Assembly (NCBI GenBank): GCA_964252075.1
Contig: CAXULY010000012.1
Span: forward strand, 57,066-121,065
DNA: 64,000 bases
Direction: 5' to 3'
From: an uncultured Deinococcaceae bacterium
GTDB lineage: Bacteria > Deinococcota > Deinococci > Deinococcales > Deinococcaceae
The translations under genes were made by a program, and so were the position numbers. Within the stretch, counting starts at the first letter, position 1. Every line of letters starts with the position of its first letter. Of the stretch, positions 10,746-21,659 are shown piece by piece. The notes beneath the pieces are model-generated. The model was not told the DNA's origin. It saw only the letters and a program-made list of their open reading frames with translations, and did no database searches.

Positions 10746-13592
10746 TTAGGCGCTGTGAAACGCGCGCTGCACGTGATCGCGCAGCGCCACGATGGCCGTC
10801 TGGAGGGCCTGACCCGGCGTGAGGGTCACGCCGAGTTCCCGCCGGCCCTCGGCGTTCGGCAGGAACCGCAGGTCGCGCGCGTGGACCTCTAGCTTCTCCC
10901 GCACGTGGTCCGGCAGGGGCTGCCCGCTGTGCGCGGGGAGTTCCAGCGCGGCGTGCGCAAGGGTGAGGGCCGCCGACGGGTCATCGGCGCGCCGCAGCCA
11001 GCTCACCACCTCCTCCAGCACCTGCGCCAGGAACTCCAGCTTCTCCAGCTGCGCGAAGAGCTGCAGCGCCTCCAGCAGGTGCTCGCGCGCGCCCTGCAGG
11101 TCGTTCAGTTCACGCGCCACGATGGCGCAGTTGAACATGGTTTTCGCGGTGCCCTGCACGTCGCCCAGCTCGCGCTTGATGAGGAGGCTCTGCCGGTACA
11201 GCGCCAGTTCCTCGTGCGGGTCGTCGGACAGCGTGCCGAGGTTTCCCAGCGCGTACGCCACGCCCTGCCGGTCCCCGCACTGCTCCTTGAGGATCAGGCT
11301 GCGCCGGATGTACTCGCGCGCAAGCTCCCGGTTGCCGGTCTGCGCCTCCAGGATGCCCAGGTCGTTCAGGACGGTGCCCAGGGCGCGCGGTTCTCCCCGC
11401 TGCTCGCGCAGGCGCAGGGCCGCCTGCATGTGCTGGCGCTCGGTGTCACGGTCGCCGTGCGCGCGCGCGATCAGCCCGAGGGCGTGAAGGGCGTCCGCCT
11501 CGCCGTCCGGGTCGCCCAGCGCGCGGTGCACCGCGAGCGCCCCCTGGGCGGAGGCCAGGGCGGCATCCAGCTGCCCGCGCTCGAGCGCCAGGGACGCGCG
11601 GGCGGCCAGCGCCCGCCCGAGGGGCGCGCTCGGGGGCGCCGCCTCGAAGGGCACCAGGAACCGCTCCAGCCACGCGAGGCCCTCGGCGTGATGCCCGCGC
11701 ACGTACCAGTACCAGTGCAGCGCGCCCGCGAGGCGCAGGCCCTCCTCCCAGCGCGCGGCGCCCAGCGCGAAGGCCAGCGCCGCGCGCAGATCGTCGTGAA
11801 TCAGTGCGTGCGCGGCGAGCGCCTGCGCCTGCTCCGGGCCGTGCAGCTGCGGCGCCGCGGCCTCCGCCCGCGCGAGCAGGTGCTTCAGGTGCCGCGCGGC
11901 GCTCGCTTCGCGCGCCGCGGCGTCCAGCTGCGCCCACGCCAGTTCCCGCAGGTTCTGGTGCCAGACGTACAGGCCCATCCCGGCGTCCTGCAGCAGCGAG
12001 CGCCGCTCCAGTTCCCGCAGGTCCTCGGGCGTGGCGTCCGCGATGGCGCGCGCGGCGCCTTCACCGAAGGGCGCGCGCAGCACCGCCAGCGCCGCGTAGC
12101 GAGCGGCGAGCGTGCGGGGCAGCAGGCGCCACGCGTGGTCGAAGACGGTGCCCAGCGAGCGGTGCCGTTCGCCGACGTCGCGCAGGCGGCTGGGGAAGGC
12201 GTCCGCGTCGCGCTCCAGCGCGCGCGCCAGGCCCTCCATGTCCATCTCGCCGACCCACGCGGCGGCCAGTTCGACGGCCAGCGGCAGGCCCTCGCAGCGC
12301 AGGCACACCCGTTCAATCTCGAAGCGGTGCGCGGGCGCCTCGAAGCTGGCGTCCGCGCGGCGCGCGCGCTCCACGAACAGCCGCCCGGCGGGACTCGCGA
12401 GCGGGTCCTCGCCGGGCAGGGCGGTGTCCAGGCCGCCCAGGCGCAGCACCGACTCCGCCTGGAAGTCCAGGCGGTGCCGGGAGGTGACGAGCAGGCGCAG
12501 GCCGGGCGCCGCGAGCAGCCAGCCGGGCAGGCGCGCGGCGTCCGCCTGCAGGTGCTCGAAGTTGTCCAGCACCAGCAGGACCTCGCGCTGCGCGAGCGCC
12601 TGCGCCAGCTGCTCGTCAGGCTCCTTCTGGCCCTGCAGCGGCACGTCGAGCGCGGCCAGCACGGTGCGCGCCAGCTGACCGGGGTCGCAGCCGGCGAGCG
12701 GCACGAAGTGCGCGCCCCCCTCGAACTGCCCCGCGAGTTGCGCGGCGGCCTCCGCCGCGAGGCGCGTCTTGCCGCTGCCGCCCGGTCCGCTCAGGGTCAG
12801 CCAGCGGCAGTCCGGGTCAGCCAGGCGCGCGCGGATGAGGTGCAGTTCCCGGTCGCGGCCAATGAAGGGCGTGAGGACCTGCGGCGCCCCGCGCAGGGTC
12901 GGCCGGCCGGGCGGCCGGGCGTGGCGCAGGCGCCGCGCCTGCGCCTGCAGGGCCGCGCCGGGCTCCAGGCCGAGGGCGGCGTCAAGCGCGCGGCGGTACT
13001 GCTCGTAGGCGCTGAGCGCACGGCCCGCGCTGCCCTGGGCGTCCAGGCAGCGCATCAGGGCGGACACCGCCGCCTCGTGCAGCGGGTCGGCGGCGAGCAG
13101 GGCGTTCAGGCTCAGCGCGGCGTCCGCCAGCTGGCCCCGCGCTTCGAGGGTGGCGGCGGCGCGCGTCAGCGCCTCCACGTACCGCTCGTGCAGGTGCGCG
13201 CGCTCCTGCGTGAAGAGCTCGCAGAGCTCGTCGCTGTCGGGGAGCGGCAGGCCGTCCATGAGCGGCCCGCCGTACAGCGCGGCGGCGTCCGACCAGCGCT
13301 GGTCGGCGCAGGCCGCCAGGAAGTCCTGCACGTCGCTGCCGCCCGTCCAGCTGAGGCGGCCGTTCTCGGCGCTGAGGTGCGGCCCGAGGGGCGTGCGGCG
13401 TGTGCGGTGCAGGAGCTGCCGCAGGCGGTTCTGGGCGCTCGCGGCTTCCGCGTCGGGCCACAGGAGCGCGGCGGCCTGCTCGCGCGCGATGGGACTGGCG
13501 CGCAGGGCCAGCGCCGCGCACAGCCACAGGGACAGGTCGGGAGCCACCGGACCGTCCAGGGCGGCCCCGCCAAGCAGCCGGAGGTGCGTCAC
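10746..13592 (-). CDS. AfsR/SARP-type regulator (BTAD + STAND NTPase + TPR)
   Basis: N-terminal wHTH/BTAD (DPLHEAA..LMR); Walker A GPGGSGKT, Walker B LLVLDNFEH, CEGLPLAVELAA; C-terminal TPRs. TACACT lies 6 nt before the GTG. Confidence 0.85.
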   Translation of the reverse strand: MTHLRLLGGAALDGPVAPDLSLWLCAALALRASPIAREQAAALLWPDAEAASAQNRLRQLLHRTRRTPLGPHLSAENGRLSWTGGSDVQDFLAACADQRWSDAAALYGGPLMDGLPLPDSDELCELFTQERAHLHERYVEALTRAAATLEARGQLADAALSLNALLAADPLHEAAVSALMRCLDAQGSAGRALSAYEQYRRALDAALGLEPGAALQAQARRLRHARPPGRPTLRGAPQVLTPFIGRDRELHLIRARLADPDCRWLTLSGPGGSGKTRLAAEAAAQLAGQFEGGAHFVPLAGCDPGQLARTVLAALDVPLQGQKEPDEQLAQALAQREVLLVLDNFEHLQADAARLPGWLLAAPGLRLLVTSRHRLDFQAESVLRLGGLDTALPGEDPLASPAGRLFVERARRADASFEAPAHRFEIERVCLRCEGLPLAVELAAAWVGEMDMEGLARALERDADAFPSRLRDVGERHRSLGTVFDHAWRLLPRTLAARYAALAVLRAPFGEGAARAIADATPEDLRELERRSLLQDAGMGLYVWHQNLRELAWAQLDAAAREASAARHLKHLLARAEAAAPQLHGPEQAQALAAHALIHDDLRAALAFALGAARWEEGLRLAGALHWYWYVRGHHAEGLAWLERFLVPFEAAPPSAPLGRALAARASLALERGQLDAALASAQGALAVHRALGDPDGEADALHALGLIARAHGDRDTERQHMQAALRLREQRGEPRALGTVLNDLGILEAQTGNRELAREYIRRSLILKEQCGDRQGVAYALGNLGTLSDDPHEELALYRQSLLIKRELGDVQGTAKTMFNCAIVARELNDLQGAREHLLEALQLFAQLEKLEFLAQVLEEVVSWLRRADDPSAALTLAHAALELPAHSGQPLPDHVREKLEVHARDLRFLPNAEGRRELGVTLTPGQALQTAIVALRDHVQRAFHSA

Positions 13593-13625
13593 CCTTCCAG
13601 TGTAAGAGAAATGTAAAGGGAAACA

Positions 13626-13656
13626 AAAAAATGCCGCAGCGCTCCAGGCCTGCGGC
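13626..13656 (-). terminator. Intrinsic terminator after the CRP-family gene
   Basis: Minus strand GCCGCAG-gcctggagcg-CTGCGGC followed by ATTTTTTT. Confidence 0.7.
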
Positions 13657-13674
13657 TGCCCCTGGGGATGGGGT

Positions 13675-14295
13675 TCAGCTGACGCCCGCCAGGGTGCGCA
13701 AGTCGCGTTCCCCGGTGAGGGTGATGCAGCGGTACGCGGGGCTCAGCAGGCCATCGTCACGCATCTCGCCGATGAGCTTGCTGACGCTCTCGCGCGTGGC
13801 GCCCGTGCCTTCCGCGATCAGTTCGTGGGTGGCGCGCACGAAGCGCTGGCCGTCGGCGTGCGTGCCGCCCAGGCTGGAGTCCGCGAGGTTCAGGAGATAG
13901 CGCGCGATGCGCTCCCGCAGTTCGCCGTCCTGAATGTGCACGCCGTCGTTCATGACGCGCTGCAGTTGCGCGCTCAGGGAGCGCGTGACCTGCCACAGGT
14001 CCTCGCCCGCGAGGTGCTGCGTGTACACCGGGGAGATCATGGCGTCGGTGAGCGCCACGACCTGATGGGTGCGGGAGGTGCCGTGCAGCGCTTCTTCCCC
14101 GAAGATGTCGCCGGGGCGGATGTGGCGCACGGTGAGGTTGCGGCCCTGTGGGGTGAGGCGGATGGCGCGCAGCAGGCCGCTCTCCAGACGGTACAGGCTG
14201 GTGCTGGCGTCGCCCGTGTAGTAAAGCGTGTCGCCGCGGCGCAGTGGGCGTCCCTGGTGATCGTGCTGGGTGGTGTTGAGCGGCTGTAGGGTCAT
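13675..14295 (-). CDS. Crp/Fnr-family transcriptional regulator, LdrP/TTHB099-like
   Basis: [35 protein letters not shown] and the [30 protein letters not shown] precedes ATG 14295. Confidence 0.85.
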   Translation of the reverse strand: MTLQPLNTTQHDHQGRPLRRGDTLYYTGDASTSLYRLESGLLRAIRLTPQGRNLTVRHIRPGDIFGEEALHGTSRTHQVVALTDAMISPVYTQHLAGEDLWQVTRSLSAQLQRVMNDGVHIQDGELRERIARYLLNLADSSLGGTHADGQRFVRATHELIAEGTGATRESVSKLIGEMRDDGLLSPAYRCITLTGERDLRTLAGVS

Positions 14296-14337
14296 GGCCT
14301 GTCTCCTTGAAAGGTTGTGGGGAACCTTTGTTGTGTT

Positions 14338-14359
14338 GAAGTGTACAAGGATTGTACAC
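14338..14359. promoter_or_regulatory. Tandem 11-bp repeats (TGTACA core) overlapping the -10 of the CRP-family gene
   Basis: GAAGTGTACAA / GGATTGTACAC; the minus-strand TACACT (14340-14345) and TACAAT (14351-14356) lie inside them. Confidence 0.55.
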
Positions 14360-14493
14360 AGACGATGAGGTGCCACCGTTACATTTTGCCCGCGCTGGGT
14401 TGAGATGAAGGCCAGCTCAATGCAGTCCGATCGGTCAGCAGCGTTGGGGAGCCAATGCACGGCTTGTACAAGGTTTGAAACGCCCAGATGCCC

Positions 14494-15381
14494 TCATGAA
14501 AAGACATCCAGGCCCACCGACACCGCCAGGGCATGCGCCTCCACCGTCCGCGCGTGGTCGCGGTTGTACCCGCCCGCCATCACGCTCACCACCGGCACGC
14601 CCGCTGCCGCGCACCACCCCAGCACCCGGCGGCTGCGCCGCGCGATGCCCTCCAGCGTCAGCGCGAACCGCCCGAAGCGGTCCCCCGCCAGCACGTCCAC
14701 CCCCGCGAGAAAGAACAGCAGGTCCGGCCGGAACGCCTCCACCGCCGGCATCACCTGCGCCTCCAGCACCGCTAGGTACTCCGCGTCCGTCACGCCGTCC
14801 GCGAGGCCCACATCCAGGCTGCTGCGCTCCTTGCGAAACGGGTAGTTGCGCTCCCCGTGCACACTCAGCGTGAAGGCGCGCGGCTCGCCTCTGAGGAGAC
14901 TCGCCGTGCCATTGCCCTGATGCACGTCCAGGTCGAGGACCATCACGCGCCGCGCCTGACCCTCATCAAGGACGTATCGCGTCACGATCGCCACGTCGTT
15001 CAGCAGGCAGAAGCCTTCCGCGCGGTCCCGGAAGGCGTGATGCGTGCCGCCCGCGAGGTTCACGCCCCACCCGCCCGCCAGGGCGTCGCGCGTGGCGGCC
15101 AGCGTGCCGCCGCACGCGAGGCGGCAGCGCTCCACCACCTCCAGGCTCCACGGCAGCCCGAACACCCGCTCCTCGCTGCGGCTCACCTCCCCGGACCACC
15201 AGCGCCGCAAATAATCCTGGTCGTGCACGGCCTCCGCGAGCGGCCAGGGCAGCGCGGGCGTGTCCGTCACCGCGAACGGGCCGCGCAGGACGTCCGCCAC
15301 GCCGGCGTACTTGTACAGCGGAAAGCGGTGCCCCTCGGGCAGCGGGAAGGTGTGGGCCTCGGGGGTATAGGCGCGGCGCAT
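14494..15381 (-). CDS. Histone deacetylase family (AcuC/AphA-like) Zn-dependent deacylase
   Basis: HRFP, GGTHHA...[22 protein letters not shown] and GGY motifs; TACACT 7 nt before the ATG. Confidence 0.9.
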   Translation of the reverse strand: MRRAYTPEAHTFPLPEGHRFPLYKYAGVADVLRGPFAVTDTPALPWPLAEAVHDQDYLRRWWSGEVSRSEERVFGLPWSLEVVERCRLACGGTLAATRDALAGGWGVNLAGGTHHAFRDRAEGFCLLNDVAIVTRYVLDEGQARRVMVLDLDVHQGNGTASLLRGEPRAFTLSVHGERNYPFRKERSSLDVGLADGVTDAEYLAVLEAQVMPAVEAFRPDLLFFLAGVDVLAGDRFGRFALTLEGIARRSRRVLGWCAAAGVPVVSVMAGGYNRDHARTVEAHALAVSVGLDVFS

Positions 15382-15443
15382 GACGCGCAGTGTAGGCGCG
15401 CCGCCCGCCCGCGTCTGGAGGATTCCCGGCGGTTCAGCGGCCC

Positions 15444-15815
15444 TCAGCGCATGCGGTCGCGCACTTCCGCGAGGGTCTCCTCGAAGGCGTCGAGGTACGC
15501 CGCCTCCAGGTCGGTGTCGCGGATCAGCTCGTTCTGCTGGTTCACCGCCTGCTCGCGCGCCCAGCGCACGCGCGCACCCCACGCGCGGTACACGTTCCCG
15601 CGCCCCGCCACGTACCGCGCCGCGTGCCGCACGGCCTCCAGCGGGTCGCGGGTGGGCGCCGTCACGGCGAGGTTGCGCAGGTCGCCGCGGTCGTTCACGA
15701 GGCTCGCCGTGACCTCCACCCGCCCGCCCTTGTGCTGCAGGAACACCTGATCCACCCGCCACATGCTGGTCGCGCGGATGGGCTGGGGGGCGGGGCGGGG
15801 CAGGCGGCGGGCCAT
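15444..15815 (-). CDS. Hypothetical protein
   Basis: Plausible 123-aa ORF filling the gap; TAAGCT 7 nt before ATG 15815 (alternative start 15764). Confidence 0.65.
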   Translation of the reverse strand: MARRLPRPAPQPIRATSMWRVDQVFLQHKGGRVEVTASLVNDRGDLRNLAVTAPTRDPLEAVRHAARYVAGRGNVYRAWGARVRWAREQAVNQQNELIRDTDLEAAYLDAFEETLAEVRDRMR

Positions 15816-15885
15816 GCGCGTCAGCTTAACGCAGGCGCGGCGCGCACGCTGGAAGCGAAGCCACAGCCGCGCCGCCCGGACCCGC

Positions 15886-16950
15886 TCAGGTGGGCGTCCA
15901 CTCGCGCGGTTCCTCGAAGCCCAGCATCACGCGCCCCGCGCCCTCCGCGAGGGCCTCCAGTTCCTGCTCGCCGGGCAGCACGATGACGGGCGCGATCCAC
16001 CCGACGCGCCGCTCGATGCGGTCGATGAGCGCCGACCAGCGCGCCACACCGCCCGTGATGGCCACCGCGTCCGGCCGCGCCTCCAGCGCCACCGCGTACG
16101 CCCCGATCGCCTTCGCGACCGCGTGCACGAAGGCCTGCGCGGCGAGCTTCACGTCCATGTCGGTCTTCTCGCGGCGCTCCAGTTCGCGCAGGTCAGCGGT
16201 GCCGGTGAGGCCCGTGAAGCCCGAGGCGGTCGTGAGGCGCTGCTCCAGCTCCGCACGCGTGAGGCCCGAGTACGCGAGGTCCAGCAGCGCCCCCACCGGC
16301 AGCAGCCCGGCCCGCTGCGGGCTGAAGGGCTCCTCGGCCAGCAGGCTGCCGGTCGTGTCGATGGCGCGCGCCCGCGCGAAGGCCGTGACGCTCACGCTCG
16401 CGCCCAGGTGCGCCACCACCACGTTCGCCTCCCCGAAGCGTTTGCCCACCTCGTGCGCCGCGCGGCGCGCCACCGCGCGCGCGTTCAGCACGTGAAAGCG
16501 CCCCACGCGGCTCACGCCGGGGTACCCGGTGAGGCGCGCCTCGGGCAGCAGCTCGTCCACGCTCGGCGGGTCCACCACGAAGGCCGGCACGCCGTAGGCG
16601 GAGGCGAGGTCCAGCGCCAGCGCCGGGCCGAGCGCCGCGCCGGGCGCCGCCAGGGCCGCGCGCGCGAGGTCCGCGCTCACGCGGTACGTGCCCGCCGCGA
16701 GGGCCCCGCCGGGCCCGCCCCGGCTCACCACGGCTTCCGGCACCGGCCAGCCCTGCGCCGCCTCCCGCAGCTCCGCCGCCAGCACGCGCAGGCGCTCCTC
16801 CGGCTCGCCGCGCAGGTCCGGGTGGCTCACCTCGCGGCGCTCCAGGCCCACCCTCAGCCAGCTGCCCTGGCCGGGCTGCTCGCCCGGCTGGATGTCGGCC
16901 AACGCCAGTTTCGTGCTGGCCGCTCCCGGGTCGAGGACGTAGGCGATCAC
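15886..16950 (-). CDS. buk: Butyrate kinase family (ASKHA) protein
   Basis: PG..STKLA, RGG, VVDP.SVDEL...AR.TG, FH.LNARAVAR, VAHLG, PFSP.RAG, TGG and PGE.ELEALA motifs. Confidence 0.8.
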   Translation of the reverse strand: MIAYVLDPGAASTKLALADIQPGEQPGQGSWLRVGLERREVSHPDLRGEPEERLRVLAAELREAAQGWPVPEAVVSRGGPGGALAAGTYRVSADLARAALAAPGAALGPALALDLASAYGVPAFVVDPPSVDELLPEARLTGYPGVSRVGRFHVLNARAVARRAAHEVGKRFGEANVVVAHLGASVSVTAFARARAIDTTGSLLAEEPFSPQRAGLLPVGALLDLAYSGLTRAELEQRLTTASGFTGLTGTADLRELERREKTDMDVKLAAQAFVHAVAKAIGAYAVALEARPDAVAITGGVARWSALIDRIERRVGWIAPVIVLPGEQELEALAEGAGRVMLGFEEPREWTPT

Positions 16951-17095
16951 GCCGCAAAGCGTAGCAGATGCAGCGCCACGGGGGCCGAACGGCGTGAGAG
17001 CGACCTGAGAGCAGGGCCGCCCTCAAGTGCGGTGAAGGCGCCTGGGGCCGCACTTCAGGGCATTCTCACCGCCCGTGCGTGTACTGATTTTAGTT

Positions 17096-18388
<1,293 letters not shown>

Positions 18389-18413
18389 CCCGCCGGGGCC
18401 GCGCGGGGACACC

Positions 18414-19865
18414 GTGACGGCCCCGCCGCCCCTGACCCTCGCGCGCCTGCTGGGACACGCCGGCGCCGCGCTGGACGCCCGCACGCCGCCCGAGGTGGCG
18501 CGCGCCGAACTGCGCGCGTACCACCTGGCCGCCCTGCCGGTCACGCGGGGCGGCCAGGTGCTGGGCGTGGTGACGCCCGAGGGCGCGGACGGCGGAGCGG
18601 ACTTGGAGGGCGCCGTGCAGGCCGCCCCGCTGCTCGACCCCCAGGATGACGTGGCGGCGGCGCGGGCGGCCCTGGACGGCTTCCCGGCGGTGCTGGTGCG
18701 CGCCCACCCCCCCGGCGCGCTCTCCCCCGCCGACCTGCAGCCCAGCGTGCGGCCGGACCTCGCCCGGACCGTCTGGGCGGCCCTGCGGCCCGACGACGCG
18801 GACCTGCTGCGCACCCTCGCGCGGCTCGCGGGTCCTGCCGCGCGCGTGGCGCTGGTGGGGGGCGCGGTGCGCGACGCGCTGCTCGGCGCGCAACCCATCG
18901 ACCTCGATGTGGTTGTGACGGGCGCGGACGTGGTGGCCCTCGCGCGCGCGAGCGGCCTGCCGCACGTGTGGCACGCGCGCTACATGAACGCCACCTTGAA
19001 ACGCCCGGACGGGCGCGGCGTGGACCTCGTGAGCGCGCGCGCCGAGGCGTATCCGCAGCCCGGAGGGCCGCCGGAGCCGCGGCGCGGCACGCTCGCGCAG
19101 GACCTGCTGCGCCGCGATTTCGCCGTGAACGCCCTGGCCCTCGTGGTGGGCGAGGTGGGCCTGCACGACCCCGCGGGCGGCCTGGAGGAGGTGTTCGCGC
19201 GCACCCTGCGGCCCCTGCACGCGGGCAGCTTCCACGACGACGCCAGCCGCCTGGTGCGCGCCGCGCGCCTCGCGGCGCGCCTGAACTTCACGGCGCACCC
19301 GGACCTGCTCGCGCAGGTGCCGCAGGCGCTCGCCGTCGCGGACGTCACCCCGCGCCTGTGGGCGGAACTGCGCCTCGCGCTGGACGAACCCCGGCCGGGC
19401 CGGGTGCTCGCCCTGCTGGAGGCCTGGGGGGCGGGCGCGCTGCTGCCGGGCGGCGCGGCGCGCCTGCTGCCCCTCGACGCGCAGCGAGACGCGGGCGCGC
19501 CGGTGCCCGAGGGCGTGTACGCCGCCCTGCTGGTGGACGGCGCGCCAGACCCCGCCGCCCGCCTGGGACTCGGGGAGGCACCAGCGGGCCTCCTGCAGCG
19601 CGCGCGCAGCGCCCGCCCGTACCCACCCGCTTCCCTGGAAGGGCAGGTGCGCGCCGCGCTGGGCCTCCCGCCCGGACCGCTGCTGCGCGGCGAGGACCTG
19701 CTGGCGCTGGGCGTGCCGCGCGGCCCGCAGGTGGGGCGACTGCTCGCGCGCCTGGACGCCCTCAGGCCCAGCTCGCGCGAGGCGGCGGTGCGCGCCGTAC
19801 TATCCTGGCTGGCGGACGCGCAGGGCGACACCGGACCCGGCGGGCCGGGCACGCCCGACACGTAG
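18414..19865 (+). CDS. Class II tRNA nucleotidyltransferase (CCA/A-adding) with degenerate N-terminal CBS region
   Basis: [41 protein letters not shown] and LRGEDL..LGVP.GP.VG motifs. Confidence 0.85.
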   Translation: MTAPPPLTLARLLGHAGAALDARTPPEVARAELRAYHLAALPVTRGGQVLGVVTPEGADGGADLEGAVQAAPLLDPQDDVAAARAALDGFPAVLVRAHPPGALSPADLQPSVRPDLARTVWAALRPDDADLLRTLARLAGPAARVALVGGAVRDALLGAQPIDLDVVVTGADVVALARASGLPHVWHARYMNATLKRPDGRGVDLVSARAEAYPQPGGPPEPRRGTLAQDLLRRDFAVNALALVVGEVGLHDPAGGLEEVFARTLRPLHAGSFHDDASRLVRAARLAARLNFTAHPDLLAQVPQALAVADVTPRLWAELRLALDEPRPGRVLALLEAWGAGALLPGGAARLLPLDAQRDAGAPVPEGVYAALLVDGAPDPAARLGLGEAPAGLLQRARSARPYPPASLEGQVRAALGLPPGPLLRGEDLLALGVPRGPQVGRLLARLDALRPSSREAAVRAVLSWLADAQGDTGPGGPGTPDT

Positions 19866-19881
19866 AGAGGCAGGACCTTCC

Positions 19882-20511
19882 TTGTTCGGACCCATCAGCG
19901 TGATCGCCCAGGACCCGATCATCTTCGTGGTGCTGGTCGGGTTTTTCCTCGCGGGTCTGGTGCTGCACGGCGTGCTGCAGGCCCGGCTCGCCGCGCGTCT
20001 GGGGGACACGCAGGGCGTCCGCGCGGGGTTCGGGACGCCGGAACCGTCCGTGCACCTGGGTCTGTGGGGCGTCGCGCTGTACCTGCTGCTCGGCTGCGGC
20101 CTGCCGCGCCCCGTGCCGCTGCACCTCACGGGCCGCCCCGCGCTGGGCGTGCAGCTGTCCGGTCCGCTGCTGCTGCTCGCGTGGGCGCTGCTGCTGCTGC
20201 TCCTCCAGCACATCCAGGTGGCCTTCGCCACGGGCCTGGACGTGGTGGGGCGCGGGCTGGAACTCGCGGCGCGCGCCAGCGTGCTGCACGCCATCTTCTT
20301 CCTGCTGCCGCTCCCCACCCTGGACGGTTACCGGGCGCTGTGGGCGGTCGGGTCGCGCGGCGTGCGGCGCGTGCTGGCGCACGGTCAGCTCGCGGGGCTG
20401 CTGCTCACGTACATCGCGTGGCTGGTGCTGAGCATCAGCGGGGTGTTCGCGTGGGTGCAGTTGCCCGTCATGAACGCCCTGAAGTCCCTGTACGCCCTGC
20501 TGCCCTTCTAG
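19882..20511 (+). CDS. Membrane protein resembling a degenerate site-2 protease (M50)
   Basis: Multiple TM segments; LLPLPTLDG resembles NLLPxxPLDG; the HExxH position reads HGVLQ. Confidence 0.6.
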   Translation: MFGPISVIAQDPIIFVVLVGFFLAGLVLHGVLQARLAARLGDTQGVRAGFGTPEPSVHLGLWGVALYLLLGCGLPRPVPLHLTGRPALGVQLSGPLLLLAWALLLLLLQHIQVAFATGLDVVGRGLELAARASVLHAIFFLLPLPTLDGYRALWAVGSRGVRRVLAHGQLAGLLLTYIAWLVLSISGVFAWVQLPVMNALKSLYALLPF

Positions 20512-21650
20512 CTGGACGCTGCGCGCGCGGCGTCCAGCGCCCCGGCGAAGGCGTCCGGGTGCCCGAAGGCGAGGCGCGCCGCGGCGCGCCCGCAGCGTGC
20601 GCCCACCACGTTCCCGGTGCCGCTGTACGCGCCGAGCGCCCACACGCCGTCCCGCACCTCCCCCAGCACGGGCAGGCCGCTCTGCGTGTACCCCACGCGC
20701 GCCGCCCAGCGGTGCTCGACAGGCGCCCCGCTGACACCGATCTGCTCGCGCAGCACGCCGTCCAGATGCGCCTGCACCACCTCGCCGGGCTCGCCGGGCG
20801 CCTCCCACTCACCCTCGCCGCCCAGGTCGCGGCCCCCGCCGAGCGCCACGCGGCCGTCCGGCAGCTGCTGCCAGTAATCGTGCCCGAAGCGCGCGTACAC
20901 CGGGCGGGTGAGGCGCACCTCGTCGGTGGGGGCGGTGGCGAGCATCTGCAGGCGCACGCTGCGCACGCGGTCCGCGAGTTCCGGCAGCAGGGCCTCCAGG
21001 TTCCCATCCACTGCGACAATCACGCGCCGCGCGTGAACCGCACCCTCGGGCGTGCGGACGAGACCGGGCGCGATGTCGAGGGCGGGCGTGTGCTCGTACA
21101 GCCGTGCGCCGCGCGCCGTGACGCGCTCCGCGAGCGCCCGCGCGCGCCGCAGCGGCTGGAACACGCCGTCCCCGTGCACCAGCAGGCCGCGCCCCTCGGG
21201 CCCCTCGTACGCCTCGGCGGGGAAGCCGTCCGCGCGCAGCGCCTCGCCGTGCAGGCGGCAGTCCTCGAGTTCCGCCGCGTCCAGCGCGAGGCGAATCGAG
21301 CCGGGCCGCCGGATGAGCTGCGGCGTCTCGGCGGTCATGCGGTCCAGCTGTTCCAGTGTGAGGGCGTACAGGCGCCGCGCGAGGTCCCGCCCCACGCGCC
21401 GCCCGAGGTCGTGGTGGAAGGCCGCGAGGCCGCCCATCACGAAGCCGCCGTTGCGGCCCGCCGCGGCGCCCGCCACGCGGCCCGCGTCCACGCCCACCAC
21501 GCTGAGCCCCAGGTCCAGCAGCGCCTGAACGGCGCTGAGGCCCGAGCCGCCCAGACCCACCACACAGGCGTCGGCCCGCACCTCCCCGCGCAGGGCGGGC
21601 AGGGCGGGCCAGGGGTGATCATCCCAGACGGGCGTGTTGGGGTGCGGCAC
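20508..21650 (-). CDS. FAD-dependent oxidoreductase (DAO/PuuB-like)
   Basis: CVVGLGGSGLSA, GAAAGRNGG, YWQQLPDGRVALGG and AYSGTG motifs. Confidence 0.85.
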   Translation of the reverse strand: MPHPNTPVWDDHPWPALPALRGEVRADACVVGLGGSGLSAVQALLDLGLSVVGVDAGRVAGAAAGRNGGFVMGGLAAFHHDLGRRVGRDLARRLYALTLEQLDRMTAETPQLIRRPGSIRLALDAAELEDCRLHGEALRADGFPAEAYEGPEGRGLLVHGDGVFQPLRRARALAERVTARGARLYEHTPALDIAPGLVRTPEGAVHARRVIVAVDGNLEALLPELADRVRSVRLQMLATAPTDEVRLTRPVYARFGHDYWQQLPDGRVALGGGRDLGGEGEWEAPGEPGEVVQAHLDGVLREQIGVSGAPVEHRWAARVGYTQSGLPVLGEVRDGVWALGAYSGTGNVVGARCGRAAARLAFGHPDAFAGALDAARAASS

Positions 21651-21659
21651 GCCCTGATG

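Noticed and set aside
10746..13592. STAND NTPase-TPR protein as an antiphage (Avs-like) system
   Set aside because: The N-terminus is a SARP/BTAD regulatory module with no nuclease, TIR or SIR2 effector, and the context is not a defence island.
13675..14295. Calling the CRP-family gene ddrI
   Set aside because: Its motifs fit the LdrP/TTHB099 branch better than DdrI as I recall it; left unnamed pending a phylogeny.
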